Assembly (NCBI RefSeq): GCF_964204645.1
Contig: NC_134034.1
Coordinates: 6,236,914 to 6,300,913 of the forward strand
Direction: 5' to 3'
DNA from: Tubulanus polymorphus
Taxonomy: Eukaryota > Animalia > Nemertea
DNA: 64,000 nucleotides
Shown here one piece after another: positions 47,018-60,008 of the stretch. The position numbers were made by a program, and so were the translations under genes. The notes below the pieces were generated by a model. The model had not been told where the DNA came from. It did no database searches and saw only the letters and a list, made by a program, of their open reading frames with translations. Position 1 is the first letter of the stretch, and the number at the start of each line of letters is the position of its first letter.

Positions 47018-48378
47018 TCTTTTTCACACTGGTTCTTATTGAAAGGATATAAACAACTGCAATTTACTTTCACTGTCGGTGAAACCATTCTGTATCACAA
47101 GTACTACGCTGCATTGACAAAACTGTATATGATATTAATTAGAATTGCACTGTTTACTCACTGTGAGCCTCTAAACATCGAAATTTAAGCCCGATTCAAA
47201 CAGTATCCATATACGTATATATATTGTATACGTGTCCTATTCCCACAGCGCCTACGTGTGTGTGTCTGTGTCTGTGTCCTTATATTGATAGAGCTGAGTT
47301 GTTCTAGATCTGTAGTAAACACATAGTGATATTTTTATCTCCTCTAGAGTCGATTGTTGAATTAGGACATTGCTCGACTGAACGCAACTGAGGAATTTTT
47401 ATAGCTTGTTTGTGTCGTATACACATTAAGTAAGAGAGCATCATATGTAGCTTCGAATTCGGCAGCACAAGATAGAGAGCATCATATATAGGCTTTAATA
47501 CTTCGAATTCGGCTAGTAACAAGACTATTGCGTGAAGGATTTACTTGAAACTTACGTGAGATGTACGGAACACAGGTACCTTGAGGTGAGTCGAAGGGAT
47601 CTTTGATTGGGGACCACGTTCACCCACCAGGGGGCGTTTTACTTTTGAAAATTCGGACATCGAAAAGTTACTGTGTGAGAAAAAATTTTGTCTTTGAGTT
47701 TTCAGCTTCGGCCGAGCACGAAAGTTGTTCATAACAGCCTGGAGGCTAAAAAAGTCAATGGCACGCCCTATCTGCGATTAACCGTTTGGGCTCTACGGGC
47801 TCGAAAATGGGCCCCCAAATTTTTCAAAGAGATTTTTGCTCCTAGCTCCTTAACCGGTGGAGATAGAATTGTGGTTGCAACGAGTGACCAGTAGCCCTTG
47901 CGAGACGCTTGTATTGATGTATGGTATAACTATATAGCTCATATGGTTCGCAAGTAGCGCCACCTATAAGACGCTGGAATACGCATTTTCATCTATATCG
48001 ACTAAGGGTATCAATGGATTTCTATAAAAATTGATACACATGTACCTGGTTACTACACGAAACGAACCCTTCATATGATTAGTTCCCATTTTAACCACTA
48101 GGGGGCGTAAATTTTGAAAAATCGATTTCAGCATCCATTTTTCGCATCACAAAACTTGGTATAAGTACAAAGACATGTGTGTAATATGCCACCCTGCATG
48201 ATTAGTTCATACAACTGCCACCAGGGGACTGTGAAAACAACGATTTTTGCTCCTAGGTCTTTAACCGTTGGCGATTTCCCCTAACCTTGGTACGCGTAGT
48301 AGCCCATGTGGGTCCACATAGCCATGTTATCAGCTGACCCCTAGATGGCACTCCTTATCAAGCAAGGCAGAAACCCAT
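46800..48378 (+). mobile_element. Stacked HINE 5' ends, (ATT)n microsatellite (46963-47014) and a HINE element ending near 48378
   Basis: Repeated agggttttctg..cagaaaaccctattg hairpins; a matching subTIR gcagaaaccc near 48368-48376. Confidence 0.65.
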
Positions 48379-49262
48379 TTAGGGTTTTCTGTTATTTCAC
48401 AAAAAACCCTATTGATATCCGCGTGATTATTATTATTATTATTTTCTTCCACACTATTTTTACCAAAAGAACATAGGCTTTGTTACCTTACCGCTGTTTC
48501 ATATACAATCCATATAATATCGTTCAGCTCACTGAGATCTACAAATAGCCCGCGTGTTTTTTCACGAATCATCGTTGCAAAAGCGCTGTCGGGCCGTAAA
48601 CATCGAAAATTTAGCCCCATTCAATGGGGCGACATGTTTTTCGAGTCGTCATCCCGAAATCAACCCGCAGGCCGACTGTCACTTCGATTATCAATTCAAG
48701 TATAAATGAACTAATTTATCCGCAGACTTCAAATTCAGTCGCGGTCTTCAAACAGTGATTTTAACAATAGCCCATTTTCCTCATCAAATCATATTACCGA
48801 TACACTGGAAATTTACTACTTTAGATTTTAAAAGCACTGTCGAGCCGTAAACATCGACGAATCGACGTGTGTTACTACATCGTCGTTACGGGGATCAGCT
48901 GCGAGTTTCTCCTCATCATGAATATCAAATCGAGTACAAATTAATTTATTACTACCAGTGATTTGGCTGCGGGTTTCAAGGAGTTAGTATAACAATACCT
49001 ATTTTTCTTTACCGAATTAACCGTGTATTTACTAAGATAAATCTTTAGTGTACCGGGGAATCGTAGGCCTAAACTAAACACGCCGAAGAGATATAGCGGA
49101 GAAAAGCTGTTATGTCGACGAGGTATCAAAATAAAAGAATATATTACTTTATTCGGCCGCGGGCTTCAACCTCTATATCAATACTCTATATTTCCTACAG
49201 TACATACCGATCATTGACAAATGCACAAGGTATTTACTAAATACAAGTATATAACACATAAT

Positions 49263-49635
49263 GAGGAGAGAATCCCACAATGATAATAAAAAGTCCGAAA
49301 ATGAAACTTCGAGATAGTAGTTTATTCAACGTTTCGACTATATCCTAATAGTCATCTTCAGGAATAATGAGATACTACAGAAATTATGAGATATATATAC
49401 AATCCAGGGACAAAGAGACTAATTCAAGTAATCAGAGATGATACAAACTAAAGGAAAATTAACGTAGAAACAGTTACACGCTAAAATAGATTAAAGGGAA
49501 GCAAACTAAGCATTAGGATATAGTCGAAACGTTGAATAAACTACTATCTCGAAGTTTCATTTTCGGACTTTTTATTATCATTGTGGGATTCTCTCCTCAT
49601 CGCGTCAACACGGATATTGTGTTTTACCTATCGTG
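49263..49635 (-). mobile_element. Short Penelope-like insertion with inverted pLTR arms and a 12-bp TSD
   Basis: TSD ATAACACATAAT (49251-62, 49636-47); 89-bp inverted arms 49261-49349 and 49512-49600; absent from the paralogous site at ~53868. Confidence 0.8.
49323..49366 (-). ncRNA. Minimal type I hammerhead ribozyme
   Basis: Minus strand tattc-CTGAAGA-t-gacta(ttaggata)tagtc-GAAA-cgtt-gaata; stems I and II pair perfectly. Confidence 0.75.
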
Positions 49636-50149
49636 ATAACACATAATCCTTTCCGTATGCTGGACTCACACTTGACATTCGGAGTAAGCGTTCGCTGTGG
49701 GGGAAAGGGATCGTTCGATGTGTCGCTTGAAGTGTTTATCGAGTTTAACGCGGCTTTAGGCCTACCGGTACTGAGCTTTACTGTCTCAAACAAACACAGT
49801 ACAATTGTTGCGTTTATTAAAGGACTCATTGGATTGAACTTCAAAACAAAATTTACGATATTTAGGTGGGTTGTTAAATTCAATAGGCCTACGACCAATC
49901 TGTCCGGATATTAGGCCTACGCATATACATAGGCCTACATAGGCTAGTAGCCTCTACTAGGTTAAGCGTTCGCTGTGGGGGAAAGGAGATCGTTCGCTGT
50001 GTCGCTTGAAGTGTTTATCGAGTTTTACGCGACCTTAAGGCTTTATTATGGTGGCTGATAAGGGCCATACGTAAAAAAAACACGTATATGCAAATGAGGG
50101 CGACATTATAACAAAACGACAAAACTAAAATAACGCGACAAAACAATAA

Positions 50150-51257
50150 TTTTGGTTCATTATTTTGGTTTTATCGCCCGCGACAATCATTATTTTGGTT
50201 TTATCGCCCGCGACAATTCATTAATTTGGTTTTGTCACCCGCGACAAATCAATATTTTGGTTTTGTCGCCCATGACAATTCAATATTTTGGTTTTATCGC
50301 CCGCGACAATTCATTATTTTGGTTTTATCGCCCGCGACAATTCATTATTTTGGTTTTATCGCCCGCGACAATTTTTTTTTGTCGCGGTTTTATCTCCCGC
50401 GACAATTCATTATTTTGGTTTTATCGCCCGCAACAATTCATTAGTTTGGTTTTGTCGCCCACGACAATTCAAGATTTTGGTTTTTCTGCCGCAACAATTA
50501 ATTTTTTGGATTTGTCGCCCGCGACAATTCAATATTTTGGTTTTATCGCCAGCGACAATTCATTATTTTGGTTTTATCGCCCGCGACAATTCATTATTTT
50601 GGTTTTATCGCCCGCGACAATTCATTAATTTGGTTTTGTCACCCGCGACAAAACAATATTTTGGTTTTGTCGCCCACGACAATTTAATATTTTGGTTTTA
50701 TCGCCCGCGACAATTCATTATTTTGGTTTTATCGCCCGCGACAATTCATTATTTTGGTTTTGTCGCACGCGACAATGGCGACAATTCAAGATTTTGGTTT
50801 TATCGCCCGCGACAATTCATTATTTTGGTTTTATCGCTTGCGACAATTTTTTTTTCTTTTTGTCGCGGTTTTATCGCCTGCGACACTTCAATATTTTGGT
50901 TTTATCGCCCGCGACAATTCATTATTTTGGTTTTACCGCCCGCGACAATTCATTAGTTTGGTTTTGTCGCCCGCGACAATTGAATATTTTCGTTTTGTCG
51001 CCCGTGACAATTCATGATTTTGGTTTTATCGCCCGCGACAATTCATTTTTTTGGTTTTATCGCCTGCGACAATTCATTATTTTGGTTTTATTGGTTTTTT
51101 GGTTTTATTCATTTTTTTGGTTTTGTCGCCCGCGACAATTCAATATTTTGGTTTTATCGCCAGCGACAATTGATTATTTTGGTTTTATCGCCCGCGACAA
51201 TTGATTATTTTGGTTTTATCGCCCGCGACAATTATTTTTTTTGGTTTTGTCGCCCAC
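50150..51257. repeat. 31-bp satellite array
   Basis: Unit ttttggtttt(a/g)tcgcccgcgacaattcatta. Confidence 0.95.
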
Positions 51258-51345
51258 ATTATTAGCTTTTGAATAATTACGCCAATTAATAACGTAATAA
51301 AGACTTATGCATTCGCCTATTTTGAAGTCGATTAATCTGATATAG

Positions 51346-51768
51346 TATGGAAGCGATAAAGGGCCTCGAGTTGTCGCGTTCAAACTCGACAAGTCGCCAT
51401 ATTTATGTCGATATATCGCGATATATCGTGTCAAGTCCACATGAATATGTCTACGTATCGTGACCTTTTCACGACAAATTTCGCTTATTTGCTCATTTTC
51501 CACGGGACAAGCCGTCATTTGAAGACGTTGAAGATGTCTAAATGTAAGATGAGGACGCCAGTAATATGACGACTGAGTTTCAAGTCGTCATGAATATGTC
51601 GACTTGTCGCGAGGAAAATGGTTGAGAAAACGAAATATGTCGTCAAAACGTCATGATATATCGACATATTCATGTCGACCTGACGCGATATATCGCGGTA
51701 TGTCGACAATAATATGGCGACTTGTCGAGTTGGAACGCGTCATCTCGAGGCCCCTTATCGCTTCCGTA
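51346..51768. mobile_element. MITE with TA ends; partial second copy at ~51865-52020
   Basis: ggaagcgataaagggcctcgag...ctcgaggccccttatcgcttcc inverted termini. Confidence 0.7.
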
Positions 51769-54381
51769 GATATAGTGTCGAATATTAAGGTCATTTTGGC
51801 AGATTCTTTTTCTTTTAAAGTGATATTAAAGCGATCATTCAAGTGATCCTACTTAATGAAAGATGTACGGAAGCGATAAAGGGACTCGAGTTGTTGCGTT
51901 CCAACTCGACAAGTCGCCATATTTATGTCAATATATCGCATCAATTCGACATGAATATGTCGACATATCGTGACATTTTGACGACTTGAAACTCAGTCGT
52001 CATATCACTGGCGTCCTCATCTTTCAGCAACGCCAGTCACATTGAGTCGTACGTGTTCTACTTTCTGCGACGCGACACGACTGTCACAACCAACCGACGC
52101 GCTCTTGCGACTGGCAGAAACTAGTCGCACACAATCGTATTGCAAGCGACTTGCAATGCAACGCGAGGATCGCATCGAGTCACAAGAACAACCTACGTCT
52201 GGCTTTAAGTTACTGCGGAGCACCAGAAATATCTTTTTTTTCGTTCAAAAGACCTTTCGCTTGAAAATTCTTTCGTCGGAACAAAATTTATTTCGTTTGA
52301 ACCAATAATATTCTATACAATTACACCAATTTGAAAGAATCGTTAGAACAAAGTTGAACAAACTTTTTTTTGTCCAAACGAAAGGTTTTTCGTTCGAACA
52401 ATCATTCAATTGAACAGAATCGTTTTAATTTGAAAAGAATTTTCTTGTCAGAACATTAAGTTTTTCGTTCGAACAAGTATATTGAAAAAAGTTTTTTCTC
52501 CGAACCGAAAGTATTAAGTATTTTGTTCAATCGAACAGAATTGTTTTCATTCAAACATTCGTTCGAAAAAAATTGTGTTCGCTCAACCAGATTTTTTTTC
52601 ATTTCAACAATAACATAGCTTTTTATTCGAACACATTTTTTGTCAGAATGAAGAAGATTTTCTTGTTGGAACATTAAGTTTTTTGGTCGAACAGCGTGTT
52701 AAGGTCGATTTGGAAATTTACTGGTATGTATTGGATTACTGTGTATGTCATTTGTCAGGATATTAAACAGAAGACAATTTAGGATACTACCTTGCGTGAC
52801 TCCACTAGTTTGACCGACTTATTCCAAGATGAGGCGTTCCGTTGATTTCAGCTACAAGTTTTCGTTCAGAGGTAACTGCTGAGCCATTTGGGCGACATAT
52901 CATTGATACTGTTTCCTAATAGCCTGTTTACAAATGGCTGATGTTGTGCCTTATCAAATGCTTCGTCAAAATCCACCGTTGAACAGGATTCTAAGACTGT
53001 GCAGAAAACCCGTTATCGCTGCTTTGCAGCTATATTTATTATTATTATTTTTTTCCACACATTTTTTGTCAAAAGTACATAGGCTTTTTTACATTACCGC
53101 TGTTGCCGATACAATCCGTCTGATATCATTCAGCTCAGTTCGATCTACAAATACTCCGTGCGAATTTGAAGAATCAACGTTACAAAAGCACTGTCGGGCC
53201 GTAAACATCGAAAATTGAGCCCCATTCAAAGAGCCGACATGTTTTTCTAAGTCCTCTTTCCGAAATCTACCGCACGTTTCTTGTCACATCGATTATCAAT
53301 TCAAGCAGAAATTAACAAATTTATTACCCAAAGATTGCACATTCTGTCGCGGTTTTTAAAATCTAATTTTAACAATAACCCATTTTCCTCATCAAATTAT
53401 AATACCAATACACAGGAAATTTACTACTTTAGATTTTAAAAGCACTGTCGAGCCGTAAACATCGACGAATGGACGTGTGTCACTACATCGTCGTTCCGGG
53501 GATCAGCTGCGAGTTTCTCCTCATCATGAATATCAAATCGAGTACAAATTAATTTATTACTACCAGTGATTTGGCTGCGGGTTTCAAGGAGTTAGTACAA
53601 CAATACCTATTTTTCTTTACCGAATTAACCGTGTATTTACTAAGATAAATCTTTAGTGTACCGGGGAATCGTAGGCCTAAACTAAACACGCCGAAGAGAT
53701 ATAGCGGAGAAAAGCTGTTATGTCGACGAGGTATCAAAATAAAAGAATATATTACTTTATTCGGCCGCGGGCTTCAACCTCTATATCAATACCATCAATA
53801 CTCTATATTTCCTACAGTACATACCGATCATTGACAAATGCACAAGGTATTTACTAAATACAAGTATATAACACATAATCATTTCCGTATGCTGGACTCA
53901 CACTTGACATTCGGAGTAAGCGTTCGCTGTGGGGGAAAGGGATCGTTCGATGTGTCGCTTGAAGTGTTTATCGAGTTTAACGCGGCTTTAGGCCTACCGG
54001 TACTGAGCTTTACTGTCTCAAACAAACACAGTACAATTGTTGCGTTTATTAAAGGACTCATTGGATTGAACTTCAAAACAAAATTTACGATATTTAGGTG
54101 GGTTGTTAAATTCAATAGGCCTACGACCAATCTGTCCGGATATTAGGCCTACGCATATACATAGGCCTACATAGGCTAGTAGCCTCTACTAGGTTAAGCG
54201 TTCGCTGTGAGGGAAAGGAGATCGTTCGCTGTGTCGCTTGAAGTGTTTATCGAGTTTTACGCGACCTTAAGGCTTTATTATGGTGGCTGATAAGGGCCAT
54301 ACGTAAAAAAAACACGTATATGCAAATGAGGGCGACATTATAACAAAACGACAAAACTAAAATAACGCGACAAAACAATAA

Positions 54382-56230
54382 TTTTGGTTCATTATTTTGG
54401 TTTTATCGCCCGCGACAATCATTATTTTGGTTTTATCGCCCGCGACAATTCATTAATTTGGTTTTGTCACCCGCGACAAATCAATATTTTGGTTTTGTCG
54501 CCCATGACAATTCAATATTTTGGTTTTATCGCCCGCGACAATTCATTATTTTGGTTTTATCGCCCGCGACAATTCATTATTTTGGTTTTATCGCCCGCGA
54601 TAATTCATTATTTTGGTTTTGTCGCCTGAGAAAATTCATTATTTTGGTTTTGTCGCCCGCGACAATTCAATATTTTGGTTTTATCGCCCGCGACAATTCA
54701 ATATTTTGGTTTTATCGCCCGCGATAATTCATTATTTTGGTTTTATCGCCCGCGACAATTCATTATTTTGGTTTTGTCGCCCGAGACAATTGATTATTTT
54801 AGTTTTATCGCCCGCGACAATTCATTATTTTGGTTTTATCGCCCGCGACAATTCACCATTTTGTTTTTGTCGCCTGGACAATTCACCATTTTGGTTTTGT
54901 CGCCCGCGACAATTCATTATTTTGGTTTTGTCGCCCTGACAATTCTTTTTGGGTTTTGTCGCCCGCGACAATTCATTAGTTTGGTTTTGTCGCCCGCAAC
55001 AATTCAATATTTTGGTTTTATCGCCCAGGACAATTCATTACTTTGGTTTTATCTCCAGCGACAATTCATTATTTTGGTTTTGTCGCCCGCGACAATTCTT
55101 GTTTTATGTTTTGACGCCTGCGACAATTCATTATTTTGGTTTTATACTTTGTTTTTGTCGCCCAAGACAATTTTTTTTTGGTTTTGTCGCCCGCGACAAT
55201 TCATTATTTTGGTTTTGTTGCCCGCGACAATTCATTATTTTGGTTTTGTCGCCCGCGACAATTCAATATTTTGGTTTTGTCGCCCGCGACAATTCATTAT
55301 TTTGGTTTTATCGCCCGCGACAATTCAATATTTTGGTTTTATCACCCGCGATAATTCATTATTTTGGTTTTATCGCCCGCGACAATTCATTATTTTGGTT
55401 TTGTCGCCCGAGACAATTGCTATTTTAGTTTTATCGCCCGCGACAATTCATTATTTTGGTTTTATCGCCCGCGACAATTCACCATTTTGTTTTTGTCGCC
55501 TGGACAATTCACCATTTTGGTTTTGTCGCCCGCGACAATTCATTATTTTGGTTTTGTCGCCCTGACAATTCTTTTTGGGTTTTGTCGCCCGCGACAATTC
55601 ATTAGTTTGGTTTTGTCGCCCGCAACAATTCAATATTTTGGTTTTATCGCCCAGGACAATTCATTACTTTGGTTTTATCTCCAGCGACAATTCATTATTT
55701 TGGTTTTGTCGCCCGCGACAATTCTTGTTTTTTGTTTTGACGCCTGCGACAATTCATTATTTTGGTTTTATACTTTGTTTTTGTCGCCCAAGACAATTTT
55801 TTTTTGGTTTTGTCGCCCGCGACAATTCATTATTTTGGTTTTGTTGCCCGGGACAATTCATTATTTTGGTTTTGTCGCCCGCGACAATTCAATATTTTGG
55901 TTTTATCGCCCGCGATAATTCATTATTTTGGTTTTATCGCCCGCGACAATTCAATATTTTGGTTTTATAGCCCGCGACAATTCAATATTTTGGTTTTATA
56001 GCCCGAGACAATTCATTATTTTGGTTTTATCGCCCGCGACACTTCAATATTTTTGTTTTATCACCCGCGACAATTCATTAGTTTGGTTTTATCGCCCGCG
56101 ACAATTCATTAGTTTGGTTTTATCACCCGCGACAATTCATTAGTTTGGTATTATCCCCGCGACGATTCAATATTTTGGTTATATCACCCGGGACAATTCA
56201 TTAGTTTGGTTTTGTCGCCCGTGACAATTC
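54382..56230. repeat. 31-bp satellite array with a 626-bp higher-order duplication; resumes at 57472-57700
   Basis: Same unit; identical variant blocks offset by 626 bp. Confidence 0.95.
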
Positions 56231-57471
56231 TTTTTCAGTCCACTTGGGACTTTAGTCCCAGCGGGCTATTGTGTTCACTTTTCGTCCGTCCGTCCGTCCA
56301 TAGACGGAATCCAGTTATTTTGGGAAGTTTTGAAGACGCTTCAAGGTAATGTCTTGATATTTGGTTTAGACATGTATCTACCCTACACACATCGTCAGCC
56401 CAAAAACTGGCCCTGTCAGATTCAAGATGGCCGAGTGGCAGCCATTGTTGTTTGCCAAAATTAGCACTTTTTAAACATTTTCGAAGTTTTCATGGGGAAA
56501 TTTTGAAGACGCTTTGATCAATTACCTTGATCTTTCGTTTATATTTGAATCTACCAAAGGCCCATCAGCATAAGAAAATTGGGTCGATCTGACTCAAGAT
56601 GGCCGTCCTATGACCTTTTTAGTGCTCAAAAATATCAATTTTGGCCAGAATTCTAGGTCCTGTAGCTTCCTACTGGTTTGCCATTTCTCATTGCAACTGC
56701 TGATGGGTATTCTTTAGAGAGGGATGTTTTATACCTGGGACTGGTATTTTTGATCAGCCAATTTTGGTGTCATCAGTACTCATTCGTAGGTGGGAAAAAG
56801 TTTTTCCACATTAAATTGATACCTAAGCATATTGTGTTACTACATTCAATTGGAAAGTTGTAGCCCATAACGTGTTCTATGATTTTGGTGAGTTTCAAGG
56901 TCATTGGTTTTAGTATGTGGCCATCAGGGGGCGTTGAATAATACAATAACTTAGTATTGCTATATTATATTTGTACCAAGGCATATTTTGTTACCATGAT
57001 CAATTGCAAAGTTGTAGTTCATGACATCGTCTATGATTGTGGTGAGTTTTTAAGGACATTAGTTATTCCATATAGTCACCAGGGGGCGTTGAATAGTAGA
57101 ATGGCTTAGTATTTCCTTATTAGATTGGTACCTAGGCATATTTTGTTACTATGATCAATTGCAAAGTTGTATTTCATGACATGTACTACGATTGTGGTGA
57201 GTTTTAAGGTCATTGGGTTTTGCATATGGTCACCAGGGGCGTTGAATAGTAGAATAACTTAGTATTTCCATATTAAATTGGTAACGAGGCATATTTTGTT
57301 ATCACAATCAATTACAAAATCATAGCTGCTCACATGTTCTATGATTGTGGTGGGTTTCAAGGTCTTTGGTTTTTGTATATGGTCACTAGAGGGCGTTATG
57401 TATTGAAATTGTTAGATTGTTGAGCATTTGAAACCACTTCCCAAGTGAGCATGGTGTCCCTGGACCCCTAG
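56231..57471 (+). mobile_element. Full-length HINE family A copy inserted in the satellite
   Basis: Family A termini; ends cccCTAG|tttggttttgtc. Confidence 0.85.
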
Positions 57472-58089
57472 TTTGGTTTTGTCACCCGCGACAATTCATT
57501 ATTCTGGTTTTGTCGCACGCAACAATTCAATATTTTGTTTTTGTCGTCCGCGACAATTCATTATTTTGGTTTTATCGCCGCGACAATTCAATATTTTGGT
57601 TTTAACGCCCGCGACAATTCATTATTGTGGTTTTATCGCCCGCGACAATTCATTATTTTGGTTTTTTTACCCGCGACAATTCATAATTTTGGTTTTGTCC
57701 CCGTGGTTTTGTCGGAACATTAAGTTTTTTGGTCGAACAGTGTGTTAAGGTCGTTTTGGAAATTTACTCGGTCTGGTATATTTTGGATTACTGTGTATGT
57801 CGTTTGTCAGGACATTAAACAGAAGATGACTTAGGATACTACCTTGCGTGACTCCACTAGTTAGACCGTCTCATTCCAAGATGAGGCGTCCCGTTGATTT
57901 CGGTTACAAGTTTCCGTTCAGAGATAACTGCTGAGCCATTTGGGCGACCTATCATTGATACTGTTTCCTAATAGCCTCTTTAGTAATGGCTGATGTTGAG
58001 CCTTATCAAATGCTTTGTTGAAATCCACCGTTGAACATGATTCTAAGACTGTGCAGAAAGCCCGTTATCGCTGCTTTGCAGCTATATTT

Positions 58090-60008
58090 ATTATTTTCTT
58101 CCACACTATTTTACTAAAAGAACAAAGGCTTTGTTACCTTGCCGCTGTTGTCGATACAATCCGTCTGATATCATTCAGCTCACTTCGATCTACAAATACC
58201 CCGTGCGTATTTTGAAGAATCATCGTTACAAGAGCACTGTCGGGCCGTAAACATCGAAAATTGAGCCCTATTCAAAGAGTCGACATGTTGTTCTAAGTCC
58301 TCTTTCCGAAATCTACCGCACGTTTCTTGTCACATCAATAATCAATTCAAGCATAAATTAACAAATTTATTACCCACAGATTGCACATTCTGTCGCGGTT
58401 TTTAAAAACTAATTTCAACAATAGCCCATTTTCCTCATCAAATCGTATTACCTATATACAGGAAATTTACTACTTTAGATTTTAAAAGCACTGTCGAGCC
58501 GTTAACATCGACGAATCGACGTGTGTCACTACATCGTCGTTCCGGGGATCAGCTGCGAGTTTCTCCTCATCATGAAATTCAAATCGAGTACAAATTAATT
58601 TATTACTACCAGTGATTTGGCTGCGGGCTTCAAGCAGTTAGTTTAGCGATACCTATTTTTCTTTACCAAATTAACCGTGTATTTACTAAGATAAATCATA
58701 CGTGTACCGGGGAGTCGTAGGCCTAAACTAAACACGCCGAAGAGATATAGCGGAGAAAAGCTGTTATGTCGACGAGTTATCAAAATAAAAGAATATATTA
58801 CTTTATTCGGCCGCGGGCTTCAACCTCTATATCAATACCATCAATACTCTATATTTCCTACAGTACATACCGATCATTGTCAAATGCACAAGGTATTTAC
58901 TAAATACAAGTATATAACACACTCCTATCCGTATGCTGGACTCACACTTGACATTCGGAGTAAGCGTTCGCTGTGTCGCTTGAAGTGTTTATCGAGTTGC
59001 GGAGCCCCAGAAATATCTTTTTTTCGTTCAAAAGACCTTTTGCTTGAAAATGCTTTCGTCGGAACAAAATTGATTTCGTTCAAACCAGTAATATTCTGTT
59101 CCATTGGACCAATTTGAAAAAATCGTTAGAACAAAGTTAAACAAACTTTTTTGTCCAAACGAAAGGTTTTTCGTTCGAAACAATCGTTCGATCGAACAGA
59201 ATCGTTTTAATATGAACAGAATTTTCTTGTCAGAACATTAAGTTTTTCGTTCGAACAAGTATATTGTAAAAAGTTTTTTCTCCGAACCAAAAGTATTAAG
59301 TATTTCGTTCAATCGAACAGAATTTTTTTCATTCAAACATTCGTTCGAAAAAATTGTTTTAGCTCAACCAAATTTTTTTGCCAGGACGAAAAGTTTTTCA
59401 TTTCAACAATAACAACGCTTTCAGAATGAAGAAAAGTTTTGGTTCAAACAAAAAGCGTATTGTTCGATCAAACAGAATTGTTTTCATTTGACCAAGATTT
59501 TCTTGTCGGATCATTAAGTTTTTTGGTCGAACAGCGTGTTAAGGTCGTTTTGGAAATTTTCTCGGTCTGGTACATTTTGGATTATTGTGTATGTCATTTC
59601 TCGGGACATTAAACAGAAGACGACTTAGGATACTACCTTGCGTGACTCCACTAGTTAGACCGACTTATTCCAAGATGAGGCGCTCCGTTGATTTCGGCTA
59701 CAAGTTTTCGTTCAGAGATAATGCGGAGCCATTTCGGCAAACTATCATTGATACTGTTTCCTAATAGCCTTGTTTAGTAATGGCTGATGTTGTACCTTAT
59801 CAAATCCTTTGTCGAAATCATAAAGAGAAATTATCGCCTAACAGTCGATTTTCCAGAGTCAAATAGGACCATCTGGTCCAGTTGTCCATGGTTTAAAGTA
59901 GGTCTAATTGACTGTTTGTCGAGCTTCCTCTTATAAAACTGTGTTAACCATTGAACAGGATTCTAAGACTGTGCAGAAAACCCGTTATCGCTGCTTTGCA
60001 GCTATATT
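58090..60008 (+). mobile_element. HINE family B unit 3, internally deleted (no satellite)
   Basis: Jumps at ~58995 from the pre-satellite segment directly to the post-satellite segment; same 3' end at ~59972-60008. Confidence 0.7.

Larger units (their letters stand above)
48379..53037 (+). mobile_element. HINE family B unit 1 (~4.6 kb)
   Basis: 5' agggttttctg..aaaaccct; 3' gcagaaaaccc-gttatc-GCTGCtttGCAGC-tatattt; collinear with later units. Confidence 0.75.
53038..58089 (+). mobile_element. HINE family B unit 2
   Basis: Near-identical to unit 1 over 53390-54600; same 3' terminus at ~58050-58089. Confidence 0.75.

Noticed and set aside
46870-47088. Poly-Asn ORF
   Set aside because: Translation of the (ATT)n microsatellite within a HINE 5' region.
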